64,000 nt of DNA, taken from IMG/VR virus record IMGVR_UViG_3300025466_000014; one strand, written 5' to 3'. Below the pieces are notes generated by a model. The model saw only the letters and a list, made by a program, of their open reading frames with translations, did no database searches and was not told the DNA's origin. Below, one piece after another: positions 10,823 through 21,600 of the stretch (position 1 is its first letter; each line of letters starts with the position of its first letter). The stretch is from a virus. Both the position numbers and the translations under genes were made by a program.

Positions 10823-12133
10823 TTAAATCGCGTACTCCATAGTTAGGGGAGAATTTTTAAACGGGCGGTAAAGAGGGTCGCCGCAGGTTATTGATATGGT
10901 AGAGCCGACACCTGCCAGTAGAACAGCCTCCGCGCAAGTTAGCCCAATAGATAAATAAAGTTGTAAAGCTTCCATTGATACGGTATTACCTGCACCAGGC
11001 TCTTCAATTGTTCCAAACCAGGTGCAGCCACCTTTGCGTTGAAAATCTAAACCTACCATGTACCCGTAGCTGGTGCTCTCATGCGCTAACGCACCCGGTA
11101 AAACGTCAAAGCAATTTGTGTAGGCAGCCTGCAAAGGTGTCCCAGGTGTAGGCCACGGATTTGTTAGAGCACATCCGTTCCACATAAAGAGATTCATTCT
11201 AGGAGCTGTTCCCGCAACCAGAGAATTAAAATCCACATTGCGAGAGCCTGTTAGTCTAGGTAAAGCATGAGGCGCAACGTCTATGCTTAAGGTAGAACCG
11301 TAGGTCTCCAAAGTTAACATGCCTACTCTGTCAGCCCATTCTCTTGCTTTTTGTGAACCACGAGCGTGCATTCTATAGTAACCGTAAGGTCCAGAAAGAC
11401 TACCAAGCCGGTCCCCTAAACCAAAAAGGGCCTGTTTACCCACATGCAAGGCTGCACCTTCGTTAGCAATTGCATCGTCGATAATACGTTTGGACTCTGC
11501 AAAAGTCTCTCCTGCAAACAAATCTACATCTCGGTAGTAAGTACCTATGCGTCCTGCAGGGACAACGATGTTATTTGGGTCAGTTAGCAGCCTATAAGGA
11601 AACGAACTGTCAAAACCTACCGCGTTATTCTCTAACGTTGCCGGATTAGTTGCTACGTAAGGCCCATAGGTAGAGTAACCGACAAGGCTATTAGGTTGCT
11701 GTGCTCCCAATGTGCTTTGCTCTGGAAAAATTAAACCCGGTGACGGTACATTTACAGGCTGCGCGCGGTAGCCTAGATAAAATTTAAAAATTCCTTGTGA
11801 CGGAGTGCAAAAGGGCACTGCTCCGGCGTATGCTCCAACCAGGTAGGCATACAGAGGCGGTGTCTTTGCGGACATAACCACGCAACTTAAACCATTAAGA
11901 TTTTTAAGAGCCAGAAGCCTTAATCCCAGGGCATAAGAAAGAGTTGGGACAGGTTGGGTACTCATGTTAGTACCTAAATCCATGTAAATCTTATAAGCTG
12001 GATTTAGGCCCCTAACCGTAATATAGTAGTTTGCAACCGCGTCACTTACGTCAATTGTTAGGGGATTAGAATTTACTATTATTGCCGTGGTCTGTGGATT
12101 GACTGTGGTAACGGCTGTTTTAAACTCGGCCAT
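10823..12133 (-). CDS. Protein with TIGR03790-like C-terminal domain
   Basis: C-terminus GCTWFGTIEEP...GLTCAEA...GDPLYRPF matches my recollection of the TIGR03790 terminal motif. Confidence 0.5.
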   Translation of the reverse strand: MAEFKTAVTTVNPQTTAIIVNSNPLTIDVSDAVANYYITVRGLNPAYKIYMDLGTNMSTQPVPTLSYALGLRLLALKNLNGLSCVVMSAKTPPLYAYLVGAYAGAVPFCTPSQGIFKFYLGYRAQPVNVPSPGLIFPEQSTLGAQQPNSLVGYSTYGPYVATNPATLENNAVGFDSSFPYRLLTDPNNIVVPAGRIGTYYRDVDLFAGETFAESKRIIDDAIANEGAALHVGKQALFGLGDRLGSLSGPYGYYRMHARGSQKAREWADRVGMLTLETYGSTLSIDVAPHALPRLTGSRNVDFNSLVAGTAPRMNLFMWNGCALTNPWPTPGTPLQAAYTNCFDVLPGALAHESTSYGYMVGLDFQRKGGCTWFGTIEEPGAGNTVSMEALQLYLSIGLTCAEAVLLAGVGSTISITCGDPLYRPFKNSPLTMEYAI

Positions 12134-12134
12134 T

Positions 12135-12482
12135 CTAAACCCACCCAGAAATAAAGAGCGGGTCCCCGTCTTTGTTAAAAGTTATGGTTTGCGTCTTTGT
12201 AACACCGTTAAAAACAGCCGTACGAGTAGTTCTCAGAGTAGCATCCTCCACATTTGGGTTAGAGAAATCAGTTAGCTGATCGTAATATTGGATAGTTACA
12301 GGCGCGGCTGTTTCTGAGTCTGCTGGTATGCCAGCTACTAAAACGACGGTCTCTAATCCATCTGAATTCATGGAGTAGAAACTGCCGTCTGTTTTTGCAT
12401 AAAACAAGACACTACCTACGGGAGGCGGTGATACTGTTGTATTTACTTCAGGAAAAAGAATAACATCCGGTGAATAAGACAT
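12135..12482 (-). CDS. Small structural protein sharing its N-terminal module with 13766-15835
   Basis: PPPVGSVLFYAKTDGSFYSMNSDGLET vs PPPVGNILLYSKADNNFYSLNSSGVET. Confidence 0.65.
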   Translation of the reverse strand: MSYSPDVILFPEVNTTVSPPPVGSVLFYAKTDGSFYSMNSDGLETVVLVAGIPADSETAAPVTIQYYDQLTDFSNPNVEDATLRTTRTAVFNGVTKTQTITFNKDGDPLFISGWV

Positions 12483-12500
12483 GCCACTCGTTCCTTTAGA

Positions 12501-13754
12501 TTAAGGGTAAGTAGGGAAGGTTCCTAGCGGGACTATCTGCAAGGCGTAAACAGTTGCATCTGCGTAGGTTGTTGCTATGGTATTCATAGCCGCATTTATT
12601 AAAGTTGGGTTATCTGCATAGCTAGGACCACCACTAGGTGTAAACAGGCAAGTTGCCAAAGTCGGGTAGTTAACACCTCCAATTACAATCGGTACTACCA
12701 CCGGCCCGCTAGAATCACCGCCTGAAATTGGACTTGTCCAAGCGTTGTACTGCGAAAATATCGTACTCTGATTAAAATAAGTGGTGACGTTTCCTACTGT
12801 GTTTGAATCTACAACTCGTTGTGTACAGATTTTACCACTAGCATCGTTAGCCTTCAAATTAACAGCCATAACCTGCCCAGTAACCACGGTGTCTACGGGA
12901 GCATACAGAGTGTAATTTATAGGCATAATGTAGTAAGGCGTAATCGAAGGCGCCCCGCTTATCCACCTAAGATAAACGATACAAACATCGTCCAGAAGGT
13001 ATGAATAATCCACACACTCCGCAGACCATAAGACGTTATTAAGGTCAAGCCAGTAAAGTGTTGTACCGTTACCGTTTACACCTTTGCTTGCTGTTAGACC
13101 TCCTGATGATGCCCAGTGCTTGGCACAGACAGCATGACGTGGACTAATCAAATGCATCGGGTCTTGTTGCCCGGCAGCCGATGTACCTAGGTTAGGTGTG
13201 TAAAAGCCAAGTGACGTGGCAGCAAATACCCAAGCAGGAAAGGGCGCATTTGGATTACGCTGAAAGTTAGGGTAGGTACCTATGTAGTGATTAGCATTAG
13301 TTGCATTGTAAGTCTTACCAGAAATCCATCCTGCAACCAGAGTGTTAACGGTATTGCGCAGCGAGCCACTAACAAAGCCTGTCAGTATCTGTTGCTGCAC
13401 TGTAGACGGTATGTTTGCAATAGCCTGCTTAACTGTAATTGAGGATTTACCGCTAGTAACCTGGGTTATTGTGGTGCCGTCCGCAATTCGAGTCACGTTT
13501 CCGTTCGTATCTACACTGTGAATTGCCGGAGTTAGGCTCGTAAAAGTGCAATTGCTTCTGTTAGGTACAATCTTAAAGTTGGTATCCTGAGACACCCCAT
13601 TAAAAAGATTGTACGTGTAGTCTCGGTAAGCGCCTGTACCTGCGCCCGCAGCTACTTGTAAAGGCGTAGGCACAGTTATGGCACTCAGTTTCTCCAGTGT
13701 ATTGTTTCCGCGCAATTTTTTTGCAGTTAGAGAAAATCGTAGGTTGTTTGCCAT
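12501..13754 (-). CDS. Trypsin-like (PA clan) serine protease with Ig-like segment, in tail cluster
   Basis: LISPRHAVCAKHW (His), DDVCIVYL (Asp), GGDSSGPVVV (Ser). Preceded by Big_2-like TFTSLTPAIHSVDTNGNVT. Confidence 0.7.
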   Translation of the reverse strand: MANNLRFSLTAKKLRGNNTLEKLSAITVPTPLQVAAGAGTGAYRDYTYNLFNGVSQDTNFKIVPNRSNCTFTSLTPAIHSVDTNGNVTRIADGTTITQVTSGKSSITVKQAIANIPSTVQQQILTGFVSGSLRNTVNTLVAGWISGKTYNATNANHYIGTYPNFQRNPNAPFPAWVFAATSLGFYTPNLGTSAAGQQDPMHLISPRHAVCAKHWASSGGLTASKGVNGNGTTLYWLDLNNVLWSAECVDYSYLLDDVCIVYLRWISGAPSITPYYIMPINYTLYAPVDTVVTGQVMAVNLKANDASGKICTQRVVDSNTVGNVTTYFNQSTIFSQYNAWTSPISGGDSSGPVVVPIVIGGVNYPTLATCLFTPSGGPSYADNPTLINAAMNTIATTYADATVYALQIVPLGTFPTYP

Positions 13755-13765
13755 ACTTACCTACC

Positions 13766-15835
13766 TTACGGGGATACCCAAATTGAACCGTCAGTTTGAA
13801 CTGTGTTTTTAGTAACCGGATTGGTTGAGGTTGAAACGCCTGTGCCAAGAACGGGGGCGTTACCGAAATAAACTCTTGATAAACCAGTTACTGTAATAAC
13901 GACACCTGAGTAGATGCTATAAAGACTGTAAACGCCAGCACCTATATTAAGGGAACTCATTTGCGTAACGTTCAAAGTGACGTTATTAAAAGTTAGATTG
14001 TTATTAGCGGTCTCCAGATGAGAGCCGTAGGTTAGATTTACTGCACCGGCCGTGGCTATATCAAATTTACCAAACGTAGCTCCTGTTAAGCTAAGATCCA
14101 AGAACGACTTTGAAAACGTACTTACCTTATATCCAAAAAATCTATTATAAAAGGTAGCCGTAGCCCCATGATAGGCATTAAAAGTTCCCGTCATAATAGT
14201 ATCTTGAAGATATGCACTTTGCGGAGGGGCAATTGAACCTGATATAGCCCCCGAAAAAACGCCGGCTATACTTTCTTTGTTGCAGTAAACGTTTAATCCA
14301 GTAAACCCAACTTGAAAAAATCCCCTAAAATAAGAAACGTCTACGGCCGTACTGGTAACCCAAGATTGTAGAACATAGATAGTCCCAGTCACACCAGCTG
14401 GTAAATACGTTCCGTTCTGTGTACTTACCTTAAACGCACAGGTAATAGACCCACCGACAGCGTCAACTGCGGTTGTTGTAGCTATTCCGCTAAGGCATCC
14501 ATAATTTGTACCAGCTGAGGGTGCCACTGCGATAGGAACGCCCACTCCTGAACCGGGTAAGGTAGCAACTATGGCTGCGGCCACGGCAAAAGCGACGGTG
14601 CGAGCACCATCCGTGGTACCGCCCATTGTTATTCCTGTAAATGGAATTCCTGAGGCGCCGTTAACGTAACCGCCAGTTATGCCTTGATAACCTTGTACTA
14701 TTAACCAAGGTAGCGGAGTTGTTGGAGTTGCCAGCGTATTAGCCCCAAGTGCCAACTGCAAAGTAATCACGACTCCGGGCAACGCACTACATTGAGACAA
14801 GAACGTTATAGCGGTTGACCCGCTAGTAAAGTGAGTACCTATAGAGTAGGTAGCACTTGTAGTAAATACGCCAGGTATGTTGTTTGCTGGTGTTGTAGTA
14901 ACAGAAGCGATTGGCATAGCCGTTGGATAGAATACTGTGCCTCCGTTGGCTAAACCGTTGTACTGAACAATAGCTGGTCGGTCAGTAGCGGACGCGATCT
15001 CACCTAAGCCACCAGTAACTGTCAAAAGGCCACTTAAAATATCCGTACGAGGAATGACGTTAAGAATAACGTCACCAGTAACAGGATCAATTGCCATAAT
15101 TTGACCACTTGGCCCGTTAATGGCTGTAACCGCACCGCTACCATTTACAGAAGCAGTCACAGTAGAAACCCAGGCGCTACCATTGTTTTGGTAAACAGCG
15201 TAAGGTGCAGCAGAGCCCACCAACGCCATAGTTCCGTTAGGAACCGTAGCCACGGCTGGCAAGGCTGCGGTAGAAGCAAAAGGCCCAACTGCGTTCTTAA
15301 TAAAGTTTGTATCTACGTAGCCTTTGTTTGCAACGTCGGAGGCATTTGCGGGCGTACCGCTATTAGTGGGAGTAAAACCACCTAGGTTAAGAGCCCCAGA
15401 TAAGGTTCCACCTGCTAGAGGCAAATTGCCGGATGCAACTCCGGTTAGAGCACCGGTGAAAGTTGTTGCACTAACTGAGGTAAGACCTGTTAGGGTGGTA
15501 GCCGTTGTTCCTAGTGTAATTGCCGTTGAACCAATAGTTAGGCTACCCGGAGGAAGTGCTGTCCAAGCAAAAGCAGAACCGTTCCACTGGAGAAAAGTTG
15601 AACCCGTTGTAGGTGCGGAGACAAAACTTGTGGCGCCAGGAGCTGTCTGGTATGCTATTTGATTAGCAGCACCGCCTGGTAGGTTATTGTTAGCTAGGCT
15701 AGTTTCTACCCCTGAAGAATTCAGAGAGTAAAAGTTATTGTCTGCTTTTGAGTAGAGTAGAATATTACCTACAGGTGGGGGAGTCAGCGGCGTGCTTGTC
15801 CCCTGAAGCATCATAATATCTGATGGATATGTCAT
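13766..15835 (-). CDS. Tail fibre/spike-like protein (689 aa)
   Basis: Contains GGAANQIAYQT and TFTGALTGVASGNLPLAGGTLSG..NLGGFTPTNSGTP modules shared with 4199-9301; distinct C-terminal half. Confidence 0.7.
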   Translation of the reverse strand: MTYPSDIMMLQGTSTPLTPPPVGNILLYSKADNNFYSLNSSGVETSLANNNLPGGAANQIAYQTAPGATSFVSAPTTGSTFLQWNGSAFAWTALPPGSLTIGSTAITLGTTATTLTGLTSVSATTFTGALTGVASGNLPLAGGTLSGALNLGGFTPTNSGTPANASDVANKGYVDTNFIKNAVGPFASTAALPAVATVPNGTMALVGSAAPYAVYQNNGSAWVSTVTASVNGSGAVTAINGPSGQIMAIDPVTGDVILNVIPRTDILSGLLTVTGGLGEIASATDRPAIVQYNGLANGGTVFYPTAMPIASVTTTPANNIPGVFTTSATYSIGTHFTSGSTAITFLSQCSALPGVVITLQLALGANTLATPTTPLPWLIVQGYQGITGGYVNGASGIPFTGITMGGTTDGARTVAFAVAAAIVATLPGSGVGVPIAVAPSAGTNYGCLSGIATTTAVDAVGGSITCAFKVSTQNGTYLPAGVTGTIYVLQSWVTSTAVDVSYFRGFFQVGFTGLNVYCNKESIAGVFSGAISGSIAPPQSAYLQDTIMTGTFNAYHGATATFYNRFFGYKVSTFSKSFLDLSLTGATFGKFDIATAGAVNLTYGSHLETANNNLTFNNVTLNVTQMSSLNIGAGVYSLYSIYSGVVITVTGLSRVYFGNAPVLGTGVSTSTNPVTKNTVQTDGSIWVSP

Positions 15836-16485
15836 AGTAAAACTACTCTTCCTTTGTTAATTAGGTGGCCCGCAACAATAAGCCTTCTGGAAACTATGTA
15901 CTGGGAATTAGCTGGTATAGTAAATAGATCTGTTGCGACACCACTTGGTGGAACTAAATTACTTGTGCCTACTTGTGCCGAAGAGCTACTCGAGGACTTT
16001 GCCCACGTAGGCACACCACCTACACTTGTTAGTACGTAACCGTCAGAGCCAATAGGCAATAGGCTTGTTTGGTTTGCCCCAGTTTGATAGGGAATTGAAC
16101 CGGCATTACCGCCACCAAGATTAGATGCTACTGTTGCCCTATTTGAGTTGCTGGAGTTTGAAAGCGCCTGCGTAATGTTTGGATTGCTCCAGACAAAATT
16201 AGTACCGTTCCAACTAAGGTAGGTATTAGGTACCGTAGGCGCTGCGGTAAATCCTGACTGACTACTGTTTATCTGATAAGGGATTTGATTGGCAACACCT
16301 GCAGGAATAGTTGCGCCGCCGCTTGGTGTACCCCAAACAAAATTAGTACCGTTCCAACTAAGGTAGGTATTAGGTACCGTAGGTGCAGCCGCAAATCCCG
16401 TCTGGTCTGTTCCTATTTGAACTGGAATTTGATTAGCGGCACCTCCAGCTATATTTGCCGCCGCTCCGAAAAGTATTGTAGTCAT
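15832..16485 (-). CDS. Fibre-associated structural protein with duplicated module
   Basis: AAPTVPNTYLSWNGTNFVW occurs twice (47-bp identical DNA at 16193-16239 and 16337-16383); also GGNAGSIPYQT motif. Confidence 0.65.
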   Translation of the reverse strand: MTTILFGAAANIAGGAANQIPVQIGTDQTGFAAAPTVPNTYLSWNGTNFVWGTPSGGATIPAGVANQIPYQINSSQSGFTAAPTVPNTYLSWNGTNFVWSNPNITQALSNSSNSNRATVASNLGGGNAGSIPYQTGANQTSLLPIGSDGYVLTSVGGVPTWAKSSSSSSAQVGTSNLVPPSGVATDLFTIPANSQYIVSRRLIVAGHLINKGRVVLL

Positions 16486-16500
16486 TTATTTACCTTTAAT

Positions 16501-16896
16501 TTACGGCAAATTCCAATAGTAGTTACCAAACAATCTAACAGCAAGGTAGATTGTCCAGGCAGCCAAGTTACCCACACCCTGAGCAACTAAAGCTTCTTTT
16601 AAGACCTTGTCAGCTATTAGGCGATCCGGTACTTGATGATTTCCTGATGCGTCGCGTGAATATAGGAAGTCATGCAAAGTACCAGCTAGATTTCCCCGGT
16701 CACCTAACCAATCAAAAATTAAGGGTACGCGAGGTACGCTTGTAAAGTCGGTAATAAAACCCTTAGGTACTGTGAAGGTATAAGCCACAACATCTGACTG
16801 ATACACTAGGTCTTCTGTAAGTTCCCAAGTACCACGACCTTGCGCAGACACATCCTCAAGTTGTTCGACAAAAAGTTTTGTTTTAAATTCAGCCAT
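16501..16896 (-). CDS. DUF1353 family protein
   Basis: FTVPKGFITDFTSVPR...LHDFLY...R..AD....EAL...YLAVRLFG is the characteristic DUF1353 pattern. Confidence 0.8.
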   Translation of the reverse strand: MAEFKTKLFVEQLEDVSAQGRGTWELTEDLVYQSDVVAYTFTVPKGFITDFTSVPRVPLIFDWLGDRGNLAGTLHDFLYSRDASGNHQVPDRLIADKVLKEALVAQGVGNLAAWTIYLAVRLFGNYYWNLP

Positions 16897-16934
16897 TTTT
16901 GATATTCCTTTATCTATTCGATTATTAGGTAAGG

Positions 16935-18620
16935 CTAGTCAGTAAGGTTGTTCATAATTCCAACAATGCCATGGAACTCTCTGTGCATAAACGATTCGTA
17001 ATAACGCACATTTGGATGAAGCGTGTCAAACCCATCGCCAATCATAAAATCGCCATTACCGTGTGTAGTGTTTGCGGTTGTTCCTACATGACCATCCCCA
17101 TTTAGCCAGCGTACACCTGACGCATCAGAAATAGTTGGCAAGAATTTAACGTGCGGGTGATTGTAGTTAGCAATTGCCGTAGCCATATCTGTTTCTACCT
17201 GAACAGCACTTGCAACGTCTGTCGTTAGGTTTGCTCCTGATGTTGCGTAACCTCCGGCGCAAATAATTATCAAATTCGGCAATGAGGCAAGTAACGTGTC
17301 AAAGTATTGTTTATATGCCGCTTGACGTGCCGCTGACGTAAACTGACCTGAATTGCCAACGTCATTATTTATGGGACGCACGTACAAAATATCAGGTGCA
17401 GCGGCAAGTACCCTAGGTATACGAGTAATTAGAGTTGAACCTCCGCCGCTATTTATAAACCCTGTTGAGCCTGTAGAAGAGTCCCACACGTCATCGCAGC
17501 CTAGCATATTTGCAAGACGGTGCGCAGGTTTGTGATACCCATTTGAAGGTTGTCCGCCCTGTGTAGTCGAATCTCCCTCAATATAAAGACGATACCTATT
17601 TGGATTAGACGGTTGCCAAACGCTGTATCTGGGGTCTACGTAGATACCAGTAAAAACTGAACCTCCAATTGGCAACCTAATACGCCTAACTTTACTGGGC
17701 TTGCCTGACCAATCAAGAATATATCCGGAGTTATTACCAGTTCCTGTCGGATACCAAGTGTATCCTGTTCCTGATTTATTCCAAAGAGGCCAACCGTTAA
17801 TCGTTGGTGAGATTACGTATGAGCCTCCGTTTGAAATCACATTCAAAATAAGATTCGGCGCGTCCGTCATAAAATCAACGGAAAAAGAATTTGGATAAGT
17901 AACGGCAGTAATTCCGTTTCCGCCACCGTAACCTACACCATTTATATAGTCGGAACCTGTTATGAACATTGCATTCAAATCAGCAGACCCAACTTGAGGC
18001 GTGTAATGTTTTGTATTTGCAGCAGGTACAGTTCCAAAGCTAAATGTTGGAGTGTCACTTACGTCAGGAGAAAGAACGTCTGTTGTGTACGCTCCCACAT
18101 ACAACCACTGCAATAAATCCGTAGCGGTTGGAATTACTGCACTACCGGTACCTGTGGGAGCGGTAACAGTGGTCACGCCACCTATTGGAAAAGCAACACC
18201 ACTGGAGAGCGTTCCCATAAGTGCGTAAAGATTTCCTGCATTGCTACAAACGTACCCAGCCTGAACTAGCACACCTGCGGCCCACGCAGGAATGGCGGCT
18301 AGTGATTTTTGGCTACGGTAGTTAGCACCGTGAGGCAAAGACGCAAAAAACTTATTGCGTATATTGTGGACGGTAATTTTACGACCACCTGGCCCCAGCA
18401 GCCCCGTCATGTTGTTAAAGGCGTCTGTTACTCCAGTAATTGGGGGATAACTAGACGTGTTGTTCAGGACCCCACCGACATACCTGTTAATTAAACCGCC
18501 ACTGAGGGCGTCTAAAGCAGGCTGAGGACTCGCAAACTGTAGACTCCCGTTGGGAGGTAAAGTGGCAGAACCAACAGCTAGACTACTATTAGTAGAGTTA
18601 ACGTAGACGAAGTTAGACAT
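16935..18620 (-). CDS. SGNH/GDSL hydrolase tailspike-like protein (putative polysaccharide deacetylase)
   Basis: Blocks IEGDST (Ser), STGSTG, PINND and DTLHP (Asp-x-x-His). N-terminal ~80 aa nearly identical to that of 18641-21667. Confidence 0.75.
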   Translation of the reverse strand: MSNFVYVNSTNSSLAVGSATLPPNGSLQFASPQPALDALSGGLINRYVGGVLNNTSSYPPITGVTDAFNNMTGLLGPGGRKITVHNIRNKFFASLPHGANYRSQKSLAAIPAWAAGVLVQAGYVCSNAGNLYALMGTLSSGVAFPIGGVTTVTAPTGTGSAVIPTATDLLQWLYVGAYTTDVLSPDVSDTPTFSFGTVPAANTKHYTPQVGSADLNAMFITGSDYINGVGYGGGNGITAVTYPNSFSVDFMTDAPNLILNVISNGGSYVISPTINGWPLWNKSGTGYTWYPTGTGNNSGYILDWSGKPSKVRRIRLPIGGSVFTGIYVDPRYSVWQPSNPNRYRLYIEGDSTTQGGQPSNGYHKPAHRLANMLGCDDVWDSSTGSTGFINSGGGSTLITRIPRVLAAAPDILYVRPINNDVGNSGQFTSAARQAAYKQYFDTLLASLPNLIIICAGGYATSGANLTTDVASAVQVETDMATAIANYNHPHVKFLPTISDASGVRWLNGDGHVGTTANTTHGNGDFMIGDGFDTLHPNVRYYESFMHREFHGIVGIMNNLTD

Positions 18621-18640
18621 TTTTAATTCCTTTTAAAAGT

Positions 18641-21600
18641 CTAGTAGACCAAATTTGTATTGCTGATTTGCTTCCAGCTGTTTGCTGCATTGGTTGCGTC
18701 ACAGATGCACAGGTTATTAGCCACAATAGTTCCAGCTGTGGTTGCTCCATTGTGAACAATAGTTGCGCCCGGACTATTACGACTTACTTTTGTCAAATCA
18801 AGTTTTAAGGTGGTATCGCCTTGTTTAATCACATAGCCAGTAACTCCTGGGTCAACGCACAATAAACCTGATGCGAGTATGTTGTTTGACCACCAAATGT
18901 TATGAGCGTTAACGCCTGACCCGTAAACAAAACAGTTGAACCAAGAAGCATTCAGAGTATTATTGGCTATTCTGAGGTTTAGTGGCGAACCTGTTGAAGA
19001 TACGACGTTTTGAACCTTATTAAATGTATTGTTGTAAATGTTAAATTGGGTAGCCGGATTATTGTTGCTGCCTTGAACTGGAATAAGATAGGTAGCTGTA
19101 GTAGCTGCAACACTATCAAAATAACAATTTGTTAGGTTTACTTCTTTAACGCGTGTTCCTGTGCCACCTCCAGCCCAATAGGCAGATATAACACCAGTGC
19201 CTGACGTAACTTGACTGAAGATACAGTTGTCAATGTTAACTTTGTTAACGTACTGACCTGCCGCGTTTGAGTTAGTAGGCAGCAGCAAAGCCCAGTTTCC
19301 GAGAGTGTTATCAATGTCAAATTTACTATTACGAACCGTCAATGTGCCAATTTGGTAAGATTCCCAAACCTGTTCAAAAAATGTTGTTGTTGCTGCTCCA
19401 AAAGTTTTAAGTGGAACTTCAGAAACAAAATTGTCTATTTCTAGTTTGTTGATTTGAACAATTGCCCCGTAATTTGGGATATTTACGTCTTCAAAGGTAA
19501 TAATCGACGCACCGCCCTGTGTACCACCTAGGTACCAATTCTTAATAGTAACGTCATTTATGATTGCTGTTGTACTCGCAGCGTCACCGGAGGCAATACA
19601 GAATTGAGGAGTTGGGCTACTTCCACTTGACTGGTTAAAGTAACTAGGGTATACACCGTCAAACAACACCCCAGTTATGTTATTAAACGGCAGTGCAGAG
19701 TTGGCACCGTCAATCAAGTAGCGAGCATTTTGAAACTGCGGGCGAACGTTGCGAACGGTAAATCCAATCAGCTCTCCTCCACCTAGGGGAACAGTGCCCT
19801 GCCCAACAGTGCCCAGAGTAGCGGTACCTTGCGGGAAGTTTATGACTGCGCCAGCATTACGAGGAAACACGTTAAACGGGTAGGCAGCTTCAGGATCATT
19901 TGAGGTGTGAACCACAAAGTCATCGTTAGTAGAGCCAGTAATACTATCAACAAGAACTCCCCAATTTGGTCCCATAGAGTGGATACCGTCTGAGGTAGTC
20001 TGCAAGTTAATGTCCCTAAATGTTGGCCGCCAAGAATTACAAAACGCGATCGAGTATTTCAAGCCACCAACTAACTTAGTTTGATGGACATAGAGATTTG
20101 CTGTTTTGTTAAAACATAAGATGTGACCCATCCAACTTGCGTCGCTGGTGATACCATTTCCATCAAAAATTCCGCCTTCAATCTCAATATTGTTGTCGCA
20201 TTTAGAAGCAGATAGGATACAGTAGACGTTTGCTGTTCCTGCACCTACGCTAATAGCCGTTCCATTAGGCGTTGCCGACACTTGAAAGGACGTAGTTGAG
20301 AGCGATGACGCAAGTACGTAGTAATTTGTGTTTGCTGTTAATCCTGTAGGTAAAGCACCTGCACCGACGCCAGTAAATTGAACCTGTTGCAGCCCAATAA
20401 AAGAGTTTTGCATCGATATTGTTGTTGTTCCGTTTGTTGTTACAATAGGCTGTGCTATCGCATATCCAAGAACGCTGGGAACTATCGCTGCTCCGTTTAA
20501 GGAGGCAGATATCTGAAAAGTAGTGCGAGTTAGGCCTGTTGCGATTACGTAATAAACTACGCCAGCAGTAATGTTACCTACCGTCTGATTAAAAACAATA
20601 GTCTGTGTATTCACAAAATTATTGTTTCCATTGATAGTTGCCTGTCCTGCGGTTAGGTAAACAGGTATTGTTCCGTTAAGAAGAGGCACACCAACTGAGG
20701 TAGAAAAATATTCTATAGTTACAGTGTTAGATGCCACTGCAAAAACTTTCCAGGCACCACTAAATGCTCGTGAAGTGTCGTTCTTGATAAGAATGTAATC
20801 CCCTACATTCCAATTGTGTGTTCCGATAACACTAAATTGAAGAGCAATCGAACCAATGGATATACTAGAAACTACCTGCGGATTCAAGAGGTAGAATTGC
20901 GGGCTTGCCCAATTTACGTTCCTAAGAACATTGTCCACCCTACCCGGTTCCATGTAAGGACCGCTAGCCCATATGTAGCCGCCGGAAATTGGTGTGGCTG
21001 ATTGATTACTTTGCGTTACTGGCAGCGTGTAATTAAAAGAATTAGTACCGGTTATGGTGCATTGCCATAGACCATTAAAGAAATCTTGACTAAATTGAAC
21101 TCCGCCTACAGCCATAATGTGACTAGAGCCGACAGTTAAACCAATGGCGTTTGTAGTGGTCGCAGTAACCAAAGTACCTACGTTTGACAACGTTACTGTA
21201 CCTAAATTGTTATTATTTGTCGCAGCGGCTAACTGAATGGTAGTATTTTTGCCCAGAATAAATCGGGTGTTGCTTCCGATCAACAAGGCGTAGGGGATTT
21301 GATAAACACCCGGTTGAAGCATTGTTACATTGCCGCCTTTATTCAAAGCAGCTTGAATTGATGCCACATTTACCGCAGCACTAGCATTAGGAGACGCACC
21401 AAAGAAACCTGCGTCAACATATCCAGCAGTTCCATTCGGTCCCACCAGTCCTAAAAGGTTATTGCTGGTATCCGTTACTCCCGTAATTGGAGAATAACTA
21501 GACGTGTTGTTTAGCACTCCACCAACATACCTATTGAGTAAACCCCCACTTAAAGCATCCAGTGCAGGCTGGGGGCTTGTAAACTGTAGACTCCCGTTGG

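Noticed and set aside
1-16485. Diversity-generating retroelement or invertible shufflon in the fibre genes
   Set aside because: The repeats are direct and in-frame. Copies are identical or synonymous variants, with no adenine-specific pattern seen. No reverse transcriptase or invertase is in the window.
10823-16896. Identical MAEFKT starts of 10823-12133 and 16501-16896
   Set aside because: Only six residues with no further similarity; could be chance or translation-initiation preference.
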